Assembly: GCA_035640475.1 (NCBI GenBank)
Contig: DASQWC010000215.1
Span: 1,450 to 65,449, forward strand
Origin: Actinomycetota bacterium
GTDB taxonomy: Bacteria > Actinomycetota > JAICYB01
DNA: 64,000 nucleotides
Direction of reading: 5' to 3'
The position numbers were made by a program, and so were the translations under genes. Positions within the stretch are counted from its first letter, which is position 1, and each line of letters begins with the position of its first letter. Below, piece by piece: positions 53,693-62,875 of the stretch. The notes beneath the pieces are model-generated. The model did not search any database. It was not told the DNA's origin and saw nothing but the letters and a program-made list of their open reading frames with translations.

Positions 53693-54860
53693 GGTCTTCT
53701 CCTTCGAACACGATTTTGAGCAGTGGACCTTCGAACGCTGCGTCGACGATGTGCCGCCGGCGCAGCGATTGCGGAAGCATGATCGACCGGCGATACGAGC
53801 CGACCGTCACGATGAGGTCGTCCTCCTTCCGCGAGAGATCGAATCTGTCCTCCGCATACGGCAGCCGAAGCTCGAGCACCATTCGGCCGCGCCCGTCGCT
53901 GTGTACCCGCATCGGCTCGTCCGAATGCAGGACCGCCTTCGGATCCACGCCTTCGTAGACCTCGGTGCAGAGTTCGGCGAGGAGCTCCTGCCCCACCATC
54001 TCTTCTTCGTAGAGTCGGGACGTCAGAACGGGGACCGGCGCAAACGACTCGCGAATCGTGTCGAGGTGCGCGGCCTGGATCTTCTTCCACTTCGCGAAGT
54101 AGGGATCCTCGACGGTTTCCGGCAGTAGTCGGTTGGCGACGACGGCGTCGACGCGGTAGCCGAAAAGCGCGAGATACGTGAACAGACGCCGCGCCTCCGC
54201 GATGACCATCTTCTCCGGGTTCACAACGATCCGAATCGACGAGTGGGACCCGTCGGTGAGGATCCGGCCCACCTGATCGAGGTTGGTATAGAGACGCTCG
54301 ACTGCTTTGTAGACACGGTCGCTCGCCATCGGCATCGATGTGACGCGCTCGAGGACGGGCCGGACGACCTTCACGACCCGACGCTCGATGGGAAAGACAC
54401 GCTCGATGTACCACCGCGCGATCTCCGGCAACGAGAGCAAGCGCAGCGTTTCCGCGGTTGGTGCGCAGTCGACGACGATGCAATCGAAGTTGCCCTCGTC
54501 CGCGTGCCGGCGAAGGTCGGTGAGGCTGAAGACCTCCTCGATCCCCGGAAGCGCGATGATCTCCTCGGCGGCTACCGGATCGGCGCCCGCCCACGATAGG
54601 AACTCCGTCATGAACTGCTGGATGTCGCGCCACTGCTCTTCGAGCCGCTGTTGTGCATCGATCTGCTGGGCGAACAATCCGGGTGAGATCTCCGTCAATT
54701 CAGACGCGATTTCCGACTCAAAGGCGTCGCCCAGACTGTGCGCGGGGTCGGTCGACATGACGAGCGTTCGCGCGCCCTGGCGCGAGATTCCGAGGGCGGT
54801 TGCCGCGGCGACGGAGGTCTTTCCCACGCCGCCTTTACCTGTGAAAACGATGATGCGCAC
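53685..54860 (-). CDS. ArsA/GET3-family P-loop ATPase
   Basis: ORF 53685..54890. IIVFTGKGGVGKTSVAAATA...STDPAHSLGDAF...VVDCAPT. GTG 54860 (giving MRIIVF...) is preferred over ATG 54890. Confidence 0.85.
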   Translation of the reverse strand: MRIIVFTGKGGVGKTSVAAATALGISRQGARTLVMSTDPAHSLGDAFESEIASELTEISPGLFAQQIDAQQRLEEQWRDIQQFMTEFLSWAGADPVAAEEIIALPGIEEVFSLTDLRRHADEGNFDCIVVDCAPTAETLRLLSLPEIARWYIERVFPIERRVVKVVRPVLERVTSMPMASDRVYKAVERLYTNLDQVGRILTDGSHSSIRIVVNPEKMVIAEARRLFTYLALFGYRVDAVVANRLLPETVEDPYFAKWKKIQAAHLDTIRESFAPVPVLTSRLYEEEMVGQELLAELCTEVYEGVDPKAVLHSDEPMRVHSDGRGRMVLELRLPYAEDRFDLSRKEDDLIVTVGSYRRSIMLPQSLRRRHIVDAAFEGPLLKIVFEGEDHG

Positions 54861-54927
54861 GCAGAAATCCCGTCGTGAAGTGGGCCCCAAGTATAGAAGG
54901 GCGCCGATGTTACACTCCCGGTGTCAC

Positions 54928-55677
54928 ATGGACATGCGCATCGATGAGCTGGCACAACGCGCGGGCGTTCCGACGCGCACGATTCGCTATTACACGCAGC
55001 AGGGTCTGCTGCCGTCGCCGCGGCTCCGAGGCCGCGTCGGCTATTACGACGAGGGCCACCTCGACCGTCTTCGGCTGATCAAGGAGCTCCAGGAGAAACG
55101 CTTCCTGCCGCTCAGCGTGATCCGGTCGGTCGTGCGTCACTTCGAAGCCGGCGCCGATCTCGAGACGATGCTCGCACCGCTGGACTGGGTCTTCCAGCCG
55201 CGCTGGGACGCGGCGCTCGAGCATCGCGACTTCACGCGCAGCGAACTCGCGAAGACGGCGGGCGTCGACGCCTCGGTTGTCGACGCGGCCGAAGAAATGG
55301 GGTTCCTGTTCCCGGTCGGACGCGGCCGCGATCGCCGCTACACAGCGGATGACGTGCAGATGCTCGGCGTCGCAAAGCGGTGGCTCGATCTCGGGATTCC
55401 CCGCGATCTCGGCAAGCTCTACCGAGAAAGCCTCGACGCAATCTCGAAGATGCAGGTCAAGGCCTTCAACGAAAGTGTCGCCGCGCCGCTGGCCGCCGAG
55501 GAACATACGCCGGAAGAGACACAGCGGTTACTTCTGGAGGGCTACCGGGAGATGTCGAGCGTGTTCCAGCAGCTCGTTGCGCTCCTCCATCGCAAGGCCC
55601 TGCAGAACGCGGTCGAGTTCTTCGCCGACCACGAAGACGCTCCTAGCGAGCCTCCACGCGACGCTTCAGCTCTTTGA
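54928..55677 (+). CDS. MerR-family transcriptional regulator (apparently two MerR-like HTH segments)
   Basis: Tail of ORF 54340..55677. MRIDELAQRAGVPTRTIRYYTQQGLLPSP...GYYDEGHLDRLRLIKELQ, then a second similar segment, TRSELAKTAGVDASVVDAAEEMGFLFPV...RRYTADDVQML. Confidence 0.85.
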   Translation: MDMRIDELAQRAGVPTRTIRYYTQQGLLPSPRLRGRVGYYDEGHLDRLRLIKELQEKRFLPLSVIRSVVRHFEAGADLETMLAPLDWVFQPRWDAALEHRDFTRSELAKTAGVDASVVDAAEEMGFLFPVGRGRDRRYTADDVQMLGVAKRWLDLGIPRDLGKLYRESLDAISKMQVKAFNESVAAPLAAEEHTPEETQRLLLEGYREMSSVFQQLVALLHRKALQNAVEFFADHEDAPSEPPRDASAL

Positions 55678-56089
55678 GCGCGACGCGCGTGATCTCACGC
55701 GCGGCACGGGCCTTCACAAACCCGGGCAACGGAAGGCGTCCTGGATCGATCGCGAGGTTGTAGGTCACGTGGGTGCGCCCGTCGGACTCCTCGAGCGCGT
55801 AGGAACCGCGCACCTCCTTGAGATCGCCTTCGACGTAATCCCACGAGATCCCATGTGGTGAGTAGCTGTAGCGAAGGACGTAGCGAACTTCAGGCAGGGG
55901 CCCCGGAGACACGCGGAACTCGACGGTAGCCGCCCGGCCGTCGTCGTCCCGCTCGAGGATGCGCGCTTCCTTCACGGAGCGAGCCCATTGCGGATACGAC
56001 TCGAAATCGCACAGCACTCCGAGCACCTGGTCGGTGCCGGCATCGACGTCGATGTCGCTCGCGACCGTCTCCGTCACGCGTGCACCCAC
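55643..56089 (-). CDS. SRPBCC (polyketide cyclase/dehydrase-like) family protein
   Basis: 148 aa. VLCDFESYPQWARSVKEA...V.F.V......V.Y.L.Y... is the typical START/Bet v1-like pattern. Confidence 0.8.
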   Translation of the reverse strand: MGARVTETVASDIDVDAGTDQVLGVLCDFESYPQWARSVKEARILERDDDGRAATVEFRVSPGPLPEVRYVLRYSYSPHGISWDYVEGDLKEVRGSYALEESDGRTHVTYNLAIDPGRLPLPGFVKARAAREITRVALKELKRRVEAR

Positions 56090-56835
56090 GCCTGCCCGGT
56101 CGAGCGGTAGTAGGAACCCACGTTCACGATGCGCGTCGGGCCGACCTGCGTCTCTGCAACCTTCGGGTTGTGCACGTGCCCGTAGTACATGTGCGATGGG
56201 CGGTGCCGAGCGATGTACTCGAGGAGCGCTTCGCTCCCCGGCTCATTGAAGTCGGCGATGACGTCGTAGGTCAGGTCCTCGATGGCCGGCGGCACGTGGG
56301 CGCAGAGAACATCGACCGGGCCGAGGCCCGCGACCTTCTCCGCGTATGCGTCGAGCCGGACTTCGCCCGGGATCCCGACTTTCGGGAGGCCGCCGCCGAC
56401 GAATCCGTACCGAATGCCCTCGAACGTGATCACCTCGGCGTCGGCGAATCGAACACCTTCGGGCAGGTACTTCCGGATCAGATCGGGAACGTCGACGTTG
56501 CCGAAGGTGACGACGACGTTGGTCGGAACTTCGGTACAGAAGGCCTCTGTCGCCTTGTCGATCTGGGTGAAGAACAGAGTGCGCAGCTCCTGCTCGCGGC
56601 CCGCCGAAACCTTCCGGAGAACCTCACGAGACTCATCGAACTTTCCCTCGGCGCGAAGCGACGACCAGGCGCGGACGGCTTCGGAGCCGTAGACCTCGGC
56701 GAGGATGCCTCCGGCATTCTCATAGTCGATGACGTTGATCAGATCGCCGAGAAGCAGGAGCACGTCGCAGGACGCCGCCTCCGAACGAACGGTTTCGAGG
56801 TCTCCGTGAACGTCGGCGATCACCTTGACGCGCAT
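56074..56835 (-). CDS. metallophosphoesterase
   Basis: ORF 56074..57024. MRVKVIADVHGD...LLLGDL...GNVD...CAHVPP...GHVH. Start at ATG 56835. Confidence 0.8.
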   Translation of the reverse strand: MRVKVIADVHGDLETVRSEAASCDVLLLLGDLINVIDYENAGGILAEVYGSEAVRAWSSLRAEGKFDESREVLRKVSAGREQELRTLFFTQIDKATEAFCTEVPTNVVVTFGNVDVPDLIRKYLPEGVRFADAEVITFEGIRYGFVGGGLPKVGIPGEVRLDAYAEKVAGLGPVDVLCAHVPPAIEDLTYDVIADFNEPGSEALLEYIARHRPSHMYYGHVHNPKVAETQVGPTRIVNVGSYYRSTGQAWVHA

Positions 56836-56875
56836 CGTCGCGATGGTACCAACCGGTCCCGATAAGCTGGCGCCG

Positions 56876-57265
56876 ATGCAACGCATCGCTTTCGTTCTGC
56901 TCGCCGTCGCAGCATTGCTCTCGTCGTGCAGGCATGACACCCAGACTGTCGCCGAGCGCGCGCAAGCGATCGAAGCGCAAGTGTGGTCTCCGTACTGCCC
57001 CGGACGATTGCTCATCGATTGCACGACCAGTCAGGCGCGCGAATTGCGAACCGACATCGTCCGGAGGCTGCAGCGCGGAGACTCGACCGCTCGAGTACTC
57101 GACTGGATACGGCTCAATCACGGTCAGGAGGCGCTGGCCCGGCCGAGCTCGGGTGCCGTGTGGGCCGTCCCGATCGCGTTGTTGTTCATCGGAGCGATCG
57201 TCGTGGCGTGGCTCATCAGACGGTGGTCGCGCTCGCCGGCGCGGTCGGCGAACCCGACCGCATAG
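56876..57265 (+). CDS. CcmH/NrfF-like protein with a variant Cys motif
   Basis: ORF 56825..57265. Signal/lipobox-like LLAVAALLSSC, then IEAQVWSPYCPGRLLIDCTTSQARELRTDIVRRLQRGDS...VLDWI and a C-terminal TM. Start at ATG 56876. Confidence 0.65.
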   Translation: MQRIAFVLLAVAALLSSCRHDTQTVAERAQAIEAQVWSPYCPGRLLIDCTTSQARELRTDIVRRLQRGDSTARVLDWIRLNHGQEALARPSSGAVWAVPIALLFIGAIVVAWLIRRWSRSPARSANPTA

Positions 57266-57275
57266 ACTCGGCCGC

Positions 57276-57902
57276 GTGAAAATCGCATTCCTTCTCTACG
57301 ACAACATGACGGCGCTCGACATGATCGGGCCGTACGAGGTGGTCGGACGGCTCCCGGGAGCCGACGTGCACTTTGTCGCAGTGGAGCCCGGCGTGAAGCG
57401 CACCGACCAGAACCTCGGCCTCACAGCCGACGAGGCGATCGACGATGTGTCGTCGCCGGACATCGTCGTCGTCCCCGGCGGCGACGAGCGCGGCCCCGCG
57501 TCCGACGAACGTCTGCTCGACTGGCTCCGCTCGGCCCACGAGACGACGACGTGGACCACGTCGGTCTGCACCGGCTCCCTGATCCTCGCGGCGTCGGGAA
57601 TTCTCAAGGGATTGAAGGCCACGACGCATTGGTTCGCCATGGATCGGCTCGCCGAGTTCGGTGCGACACCGGTGTCCGAGCGAGTCGTCGAGGACGGAAA
57701 GGTGATTACCGCCGCCGGCGTCTCCTCCGGTATCGACATGGGACTGACCCTCGCCGCGCGCGTCGCCGGCGAGGATTTCGCGCGCGGAATCCAGCTCGGG
57801 ATCGAGTACGACCCGCAGCCTCCGTTCGACGCCGGCTCGCCGGACAAGGCTCCGCCTGAGCTCGTCGAGGTACTGCGCGGCTACTACACGAACCGGGTCT
57901 AG
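57276..57902 (+). CDS. DJ-1/PfpI-family protein
   Basis: Tail of ORF 56934..57902. KIAFLLYDNMTALD..GP.EV......VVPGG......SVCTGSLILAASGIL (nucleophile-elbow Cys). GTG 57276 start. Confidence 0.85.
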   Translation: MKIAFLLYDNMTALDMIGPYEVVGRLPGADVHFVAVEPGVKRTDQNLGLTADEAIDDVSSPDIVVVPGGDERGPASDERLLDWLRSAHETTTWTTSVCTGSLILAASGILKGLKATTHWFAMDRLAEFGATPVSERVVEDGKVITAAGVSSGIDMGLTLAARVAGEDFARGIQLGIEYDPQPPFDAGSPDKAPPELVEVLRGYYTNRV

Positions 57903-57920
57903 CTCGGGAAAGGAGCAACC

Positions 57921-58349
57921 ATGCCCGTCCGTTCAGCTGAAGCCGTTTGGGAAGGCGACCTCCAGGACGGCAAGGGCACGCTTCGTCTCGGAAGCGGCGC
58001 CTTCGATGGCCAGTACTCGTTCTCGTCGCGCTTCGAAGAAGGAACTGGGACGAATCCCGAAGAGCTGATCGGAGCTGCGCATGCAGGTTGCTTCTCGATG
58101 GCGCTGGCTGCGGCATTGGCTCGCGAAGGACACACCCCGACGCGCGTCCAAACGACCGCCAGGGTAAAGCTCGAGAAGGTCGGTGACGCGATGACGATCA
58201 CCGGCAGCGCACTGGAGTGCGAAGGCGAGGTCCCCGGCATCGACGAGGCGACGTTTCTCGAGTTCGCCGAGAACGCGAAGAAGAACTGCATCGTCTCGAG
58301 AGCTCTCGGCGCTATCGAGATCACGCTCGCCGCGAGGCTGGTCTCCTAG
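57921..58349 (+). CDS. osmC: OsmC-family peroxiredoxin
   Basis: TNPEELIGAAHAGCFSMAL... and ...AKKNCIVSRAL carry the two conserved OsmC cysteines. Confidence 0.9.
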   Translation: MPVRSAEAVWEGDLQDGKGTLRLGSGAFDGQYSFSSRFEEGTGTNPEELIGAAHAGCFSMALAAALAREGHTPTRVQTTARVKLEKVGDAMTITGSALECEGEVPGIDEATFLEFAENAKKNCIVSRALGAIEITLAARLVS

Positions 58350-59818
58350 CCAGTGAGCAGCGCCGTCAGCTCGCGAACGTCGTCCAGCTCTTCGATGCGC
58401 TGAACGGCATCGAGCGCGTCCTTCCCCCGTGATTCATCGCCGGAGAAGTTCGTGAGGAACTTCTCTCGAACGAGAGCGGTCGTCTCGTCCCACGGCCGTC
58501 CGGCGCCGCCCAGCGGGATGTCCTGGAGCTCGGTGTACTCGGCCCCCGCGGTCGTCCGGAGCGTCACCTCGGTCGGGAACGTCATGACGTAATCCTCGAA
58601 CGACCGGCCGGCTAGCGTCTGGCCGCCGAGCAGTGAACGAACCGACACGCTCCCGCGTTCGCCGATCTCGCCGGCGCGCTTGTCCATCTCCGCGTCGTGC
58701 GACATCTGCACCTTTGCCGCGACGGCCTCGATCGCCTCGCGGTTGGCGTCGAGATACTTGTGTGACAGGAACTCCGGACCGAGCGCTCCGGCGTTGAGCA
58801 TCACACCGAAGGACAACGCCACCGAGAAGTTGATCGAGATCGGCTCGAGGCGCTCGTCCGAGCGATACGTCTGCGCGAAGCCTTCCATGCCCGAAGTCAG
58901 AAGCCCGCAGCGCACGGTGATCTCGCCGACCTCTTCCGGCGCCGGACGCCGTCCGTTGTCGGCTTCGAACCGCCGGGAAATCTCAGTGAACGCATCCACG
59001 GCGGTGTCGATGTACGCGCACCCCGGGACGACCTTGTAGCACAGCGAGTCGGTGACCCAGGCTTCTCCCAGGCCCGTCAGCATCCAGCCGAAGTTCTGTT
59101 CGTTGAACCTGCGCAGGAAGCCCTGGCGGTCCTCGAGGATCGACTGGTTGCCCGTCCAGCCGCGGGCGGCGAGCTCGGCGGCGCGGCAGCCGTCGATCGT
59201 CGTCGAAGCGGGGATCATCAGCTTCGAGTCCGGGCCCATGAAGGCGGGCATGAGCGGATAGGGCGGCTGCGTGAAAGCGACGCCGATGGCATTGGCCATT
59301 CGTCCGGCGTCCAGACCGACGAAGCGGCCGGCGACGCAGGCTCCTTCGAGGAGGTGGATGTAGGACCACATCTGTCCGTTCTGGGGGCCGAGTAGCAGCG
59401 CGCCGCCGAGCCGTCCACCGACCTCGTTGCCGACGGTGATCGCCGTGAGCACGTCCTTACCCGACGCGCCCTCGAGCTCGCCGTACGCGAACGCGGCGCA
59501 CACGGCCGAGTGTCCGGTGTGCCCGAAGCAGAGGTAGTCGTCGAAGTCGAAGGCAACCGAAGCGATGGTGTTCGCGAAGATCGCGTTGTGCCGCGGGAGC
59601 TTGTCTCCGCCGACGAAGACCGTCGACTCGCCCGGACCGCCCCACGACCGCGCGACCTCGGCCCCCGACATGGCGCCTTCCGAATGACGGCCGGCATGAA
59701 CGGCGCCGAGAACGGACAGGATCTGCGCTTTCGTCTTGTCGTGCAGCCGGGCCGGGATGTCGGCGTAGCCGAGCGTCGACGACCACTCGGCGATCTGTCG
59801 CGTCGCGCCCTCTGCCAT
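58346..59818 (-). CDS. MmgE/PrpD-family protein (2-methylcitrate dehydratase-like)
   Basis: 490 aa with the typical N-terminus IAEWSSTLGYADIP...HDKTKAQILSVLGAVHAG and overall PrpD-like length. Confidence 0.88.
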   Translation of the reverse strand: MAEGATRQIAEWSSTLGYADIPARLHDKTKAQILSVLGAVHAGRHSEGAMSGAEVARSWGGPGESTVFVGGDKLPRHNAIFANTIASVAFDFDDYLCFGHTGHSAVCAAFAYGELEGASGKDVLTAITVGNEVGGRLGGALLLGPQNGQMWSYIHLLEGACVAGRFVGLDAGRMANAIGVAFTQPPYPLMPAFMGPDSKLMIPASTTIDGCRAAELAARGWTGNQSILEDRQGFLRRFNEQNFGWMLTGLGEAWVTDSLCYKVVPGCAYIDTAVDAFTEISRRFEADNGRRPAPEEVGEITVRCGLLTSGMEGFAQTYRSDERLEPISINFSVALSFGVMLNAGALGPEFLSHKYLDANREAIEAVAAKVQMSHDAEMDKRAGEIGERGSVSVRSLLGGQTLAGRSFEDYVMTFPTEVTLRTTAGAEYTELQDIPLGGAGRPWDETTALVREKFLTNFSGDESRGKDALDAVQRIEELDDVRELTALLTG

Positions 59819-59872
59819 GAGTCTGGAGACTAGCGCGGCGTAGTATCTACGCGCCCAAGACGAGGAGGAGCT

Positions 59873-60349
59873 TTGCCGCTACCCCGTTCGGTGCTTCGGA
59901 TGAGCGACGATGAGCTCGAGTCGTTCCTGCAGCGCGAGCGCACCGTCCGGCTCGGCACGGTGTCTCCGGACGGCGCACCGCACGTCGCGCCGCTTTGGTT
60001 CGTCTGGGACGACGGAACGATGTACTTCAACTCGCTCAAGCGCTCGCGGCGCGGCCGGGATCTCGCCCACGGCTCTCGTGTCGCGGCGTGTCTTGACGGC
60101 GGCCACGAGTACGGTGAGCTTCACGGCGCAGTGTTGTATGGAACGCTCCGCCCGCTGGACGATCCAGACCTGAGCGCTCGCGTGCGCAAGCTCTTCGGCG
60201 AGAAGTACTGGAACGGCATCGATATCCCAGAAGTGAAGAGCCACACCTGGTTCGCGTTGAAACCCGACGAGATTGTGTCGTGGGATTTCAAGAAGATTCC
60301 GCAGGGACGTGACCGGCGGCTGCAAGCCACGAAGGAGGAAGGGAAATGA
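59873..60349 (+). CDS. pyridoxamine 5'-phosphate oxidase-fold (PPOX-class, probably F420/FMN-binding) protein
   Basis: MSDDELESFLQRERTVRLGTVSPDGAPHVAPLWFVWDDGTMYF is the PPOX split-barrel signature. Confidence 0.85.
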   Translation: MPLPRSVLRMSDDELESFLQRERTVRLGTVSPDGAPHVAPLWFVWDDGTMYFNSLKRSRRGRDLAHGSRVAACLDGGHEYGELHGAVLYGTLRPLDDPDLSARVRKLFGEKYWNGIDIPEVKSHTWFALKPDEIVSWDFKKIPQGRDRRLQATKEEGK

Positions 60350-60867
60350 TGCGACGACTACTCGGCGCCCTCGTGCTGCTCATGGCTCTCGCCGCGTGCG
60401 GCCGGGAAGGAAACCTCGTGGGGACGACGGTGGCGTCGGCGCCGCCGGAGACCACAGCTCCCGCGGAGACAGCTGCGCCGACCGAATCGCCGACCGCGGA
60501 GCCGACGTCGAGTCCCCAGGCCACCCAGACCGCCCCTTCGGAGACGTCGAGTGCGGCACCCGGCGCCGCCAATGCGGGCATCTTCGGAAGCGTCGTCGCC
60601 CGGCCCTCGTGCCCGGTCGAGGAAGCGAACAGCCCCTGTCCGGAACGGCCCGTGCCCGATGCCGAGGTGACGGCCAAGCAAGGTGACGACGTCAAGGGGT
60701 CGGCCCGGACCGACTCCAACGGCAAGTACACGCTCCGTCTCGCACCGGGGACCTACACGGTGACGGCGAGCTCGCCGTCTGTGATGAGCTGCGACACCCA
60801 CGAGGTCACCGTGCGGGACCATCAGTACACGCCGGTGCGGATCACCTGCGATACGGGGATTCGCTAG
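60346..60867 (+). CDS. lipoprotein with a carboxypeptidase-regulatory-like domain
   Basis: Lipobox LMALAACG, a Pro/Thr/Ala/Glu-rich linker, then VTAKQGDDVKGSARTDSNGKYTLRLAPGTYTVTA. Confidence 0.7.
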   Translation: MMRRLLGALVLLMALAACGREGNLVGTTVASAPPETTAPAETAAPTESPTAEPTSSPQATQTAPSETSSAAPGAANAGIFGSVVARPSCPVEEANSPCPERPVPDAEVTAKQGDDVKGSARTDSNGKYTLRLAPGTYTVTASSPSVMSCDTHEVTVRDHQYTPVRITCDTGIR

Positions 60868-62276
60868 GCGATCGTTACCGAGCGCGTGGTCATGTAGCCG
60901 GGCGTCTGTTGCATGGCGCGGCCCTGGGGCGAGTACTGCTCGGACGTGTGCGACGGTCCGAGGTCGACGCCGATCCGCAGGCGTCCGCGTGAGTCGGCGC
61001 GCGCGACCTTCGTCGCTCCACCGCCGATCTTGTAGCTGCGGCCCGGACGGTACAGCGGCGCGGTCGTGACGGTTGCCCTGCCCGAGCCCGTGAGCGTGAA
61101 GCCCTTGGGCGAGACGTTCGTCATGTCGAGAAACTCACTCGTCTCACGGGCGACGGCGACGTCGTAGCCGTAGACCGAGAACGAGGGCGCGATCGAGCGG
61201 AACCGGAAGGGAAAGCGCGGGCGGGACGCCACGACGGGGAGTGAAGACCGCATCGGCTTGGCGAGGTGCTCGTAGAAGACCGGCAGGTGCTTTTCGAGCA
61301 ACCACTTCGGCCACCAGCGCCACGCATGGCCGCCCTCGTCCTCGCTGTAGGTCAGCCCCCCGGTGTGACCGATGGCTTCGAGCCGGTCGCGCAGGTACTG
61401 GTTGTCGAATCGAAAGGCTTGCTCGAACCCCCACGAGGCGCAGAGGTCGATCGACGCGTCGCTCGAGCAGGTAGCGCCCCAGTTGACGACGAGATCGAGG
61501 CCATCGAGGTTCGGCGCGAGCTCGACCGGGACGTTGCCGTAGTAGTACGTGCCGGCCTCCTGTGCTTGCAGCCCCGCCGCTATCGGCGTACCGAGGCCGC
61601 CGAACGAACGGCCCCCGACGTTGCCGGACATCGACCCCGCCGCGACGAACCGGTCGGGCGCTTTGGCCGCGTAGTGCAGCGCCCCGTAGCCGCCGTTGGA
61701 CAATCCGGCGATCGCGCGGCCCCGGCGGTCGGCGATCGTGCGGAAGTGATGATCGACGTACGGCATGACGTAGTCGAGGACGTAGCGCTCATTGAGGATG
61801 GTCCTGTCGTAGCTGTCGTACCACTGCGCGTCGCGGCCGTCCGGCATGACGACGATGAGCGCGTTCCGCGGGTCCTTCTTCGTCAGCGTGTCGATCATCG
61901 ACCTGATGCCGCCCAGCGACACCCAAGCCGCCTGGTCACCGCCGCCGCCGTGGAGCAGATAGAGAACGGGGTAGCGGAGGCCGCTGCGCACGTAGTTCGG
62001 CGGAAGGTAGACGCACACGCCCGACTGGAACGCGAGCGAGCCGTCCGGCGCGAGCGGCCCGCGCGGAAGACGCCGAATGACGAGCGAGCCTTTCGTCGCC
62101 TTCAGCTTGTCCTTGCACGCTTTGATCGGCGGTTGGTGCCCGGGGTCGTTGAAGGTGTTGCGGCCTTGTGCGCCGTTGTCCTGCTCCTTCGGCAACTCGT
62201 CGTGATCGGCGCCGGCCGGTGGAACGAACAACGACACGGCCAGCGCGACGGCCAACGGCAGCAAGCGACGCCTCAT
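60864..62276 (-). CDS. secreted esterase-family alpha/beta hydrolase (esterase D / putative esterase type)
   Basis: ORF 60864..62294. Signal peptide, YPVLYLLHGGGGD..AW, and GLSNGGYGAL (GxSxG). ATG 62276 is preceded by GGGGAGG. Confidence 0.8.
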   Translation of the reverse strand: MRRRLLPLAVALAVSLFVPPAGADHDELPKEQDNGAQGRNTFNDPGHQPPIKACKDKLKATKGSLVIRRLPRGPLAPDGSLAFQSGVCVYLPPNYVRSGLRYPVLYLLHGGGGDQAAWVSLGGIRSMIDTLTKKDPRNALIVVMPDGRDAQWYDSYDRTILNERYVLDYVMPYVDHHFRTIADRRGRAIAGLSNGGYGALHYAAKAPDRFVAAGSMSGNVGGRSFGGLGTPIAAGLQAQEAGTYYYGNVPVELAPNLDGLDLVVNWGATCSSDASIDLCASWGFEQAFRFDNQYLRDRLEAIGHTGGLTYSEDEGGHAWRWWPKWLLEKHLPVFYEHLAKPMRSSLPVVASRPRFPFRFRSIAPSFSVYGYDVAVARETSEFLDMTNVSPKGFTLTGSGRATVTTAPLYRPGRSYKIGGGATKVARADSRGRLRIGVDLGPSHTSEQYSPQGRAMQQTPGYMTTRSVTIA

Positions 62277-62306
62277 GAGCCTCCCCGCTCTCAACGCGAG
62301 CAGATT

Positions 62307-62870
62307 CTAGACGCGCGCCTCGTTCCGCCGCTGCAGGATCACGTCGACCGTCTCCTCGGGTGTCTGATCGGACGTGTCGAGCCAGAGTCCGATTCGCGGT
62401 GTTCTCTCGCGGAGCTCCTCGTCGAGACCTTCGATCGACCAGCTGCCCGGTCGGTACGCAGTCTTTGCACGCCCGGCTTCGCGCGCTGCGACCACATCCG
62501 GTCTTGGTACCAGGACAACGACGTGCAATGGGCGAAATCGGATTCGCTCGACGAACCTCGTCAGGTAATCGCCGTACACGTTGTCCTGAACGATCGTGAC
62601 GTACCCGGCATCCGCGAATGCATCCGCAGTCTGTGCCGCAAGCCGATAGCGCAGATCGAGCTGCTCGAGCGCCTCGGGACCGGCATTGGGCTCCATTGGA
62701 ATGCGGCCGACAACGAACATCTGACTGAACACGTCGCGTACGTGCGCAGATCTTGGAAAGCGCTGCGCGAGGCATTGCCCGATCGTGGACTTGCCCGATG
62801 CTTGGATTCCCGTAATCAGAAAGACGGCGCCTTCGCCGTCACCAGTCGCACGGGGGCGCGTACGCGCCAT
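62307..62870 (-). CDS. P-loop kinase-like protein (small AAA/NTP-kinase fold)
   Basis: ORF 62307..63089. AVFLITGIQASGKSTIGQCLAQRF is a Walker A. Start at ATG 62870, just downstream of the moeB stop. Confidence 0.7.
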   Translation of the reverse strand: MARTRPRATGDGEGAVFLITGIQASGKSTIGQCLAQRFPRSAHVRDVFSQMFVVGRIPMEPNAGPEALEQLDLRYRLAAQTADAFADAGYVTIVQDNVYGDYLTRFVERIRFRPLHVVVLVPRPDVVAAREAGRAKTAYRPGSWSIEGLDEELRERTPRIGLWLDTSDQTPEETVDVILQRRNEARV

Positions 62871-62875
62871 CCTGA

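Noticed and set aside
54861-54927. MerR operator in the ArsA-like / MerR divergent gap
   Set aside because: I saw only a short dyad (acac-tcccg-gtgt) that overlaps the MerR start region. There is no long dyad within a 19-20 nt -35/-10 spacer that I could identify by eye.
59838-59852. Palindrome gcgtag-tat-ctacgc in the PrpD-like / PPOX divergent gap
   Set aside because: The arms are only 6 bp, and no regulator gene is adjacent. It could easily occur by chance.
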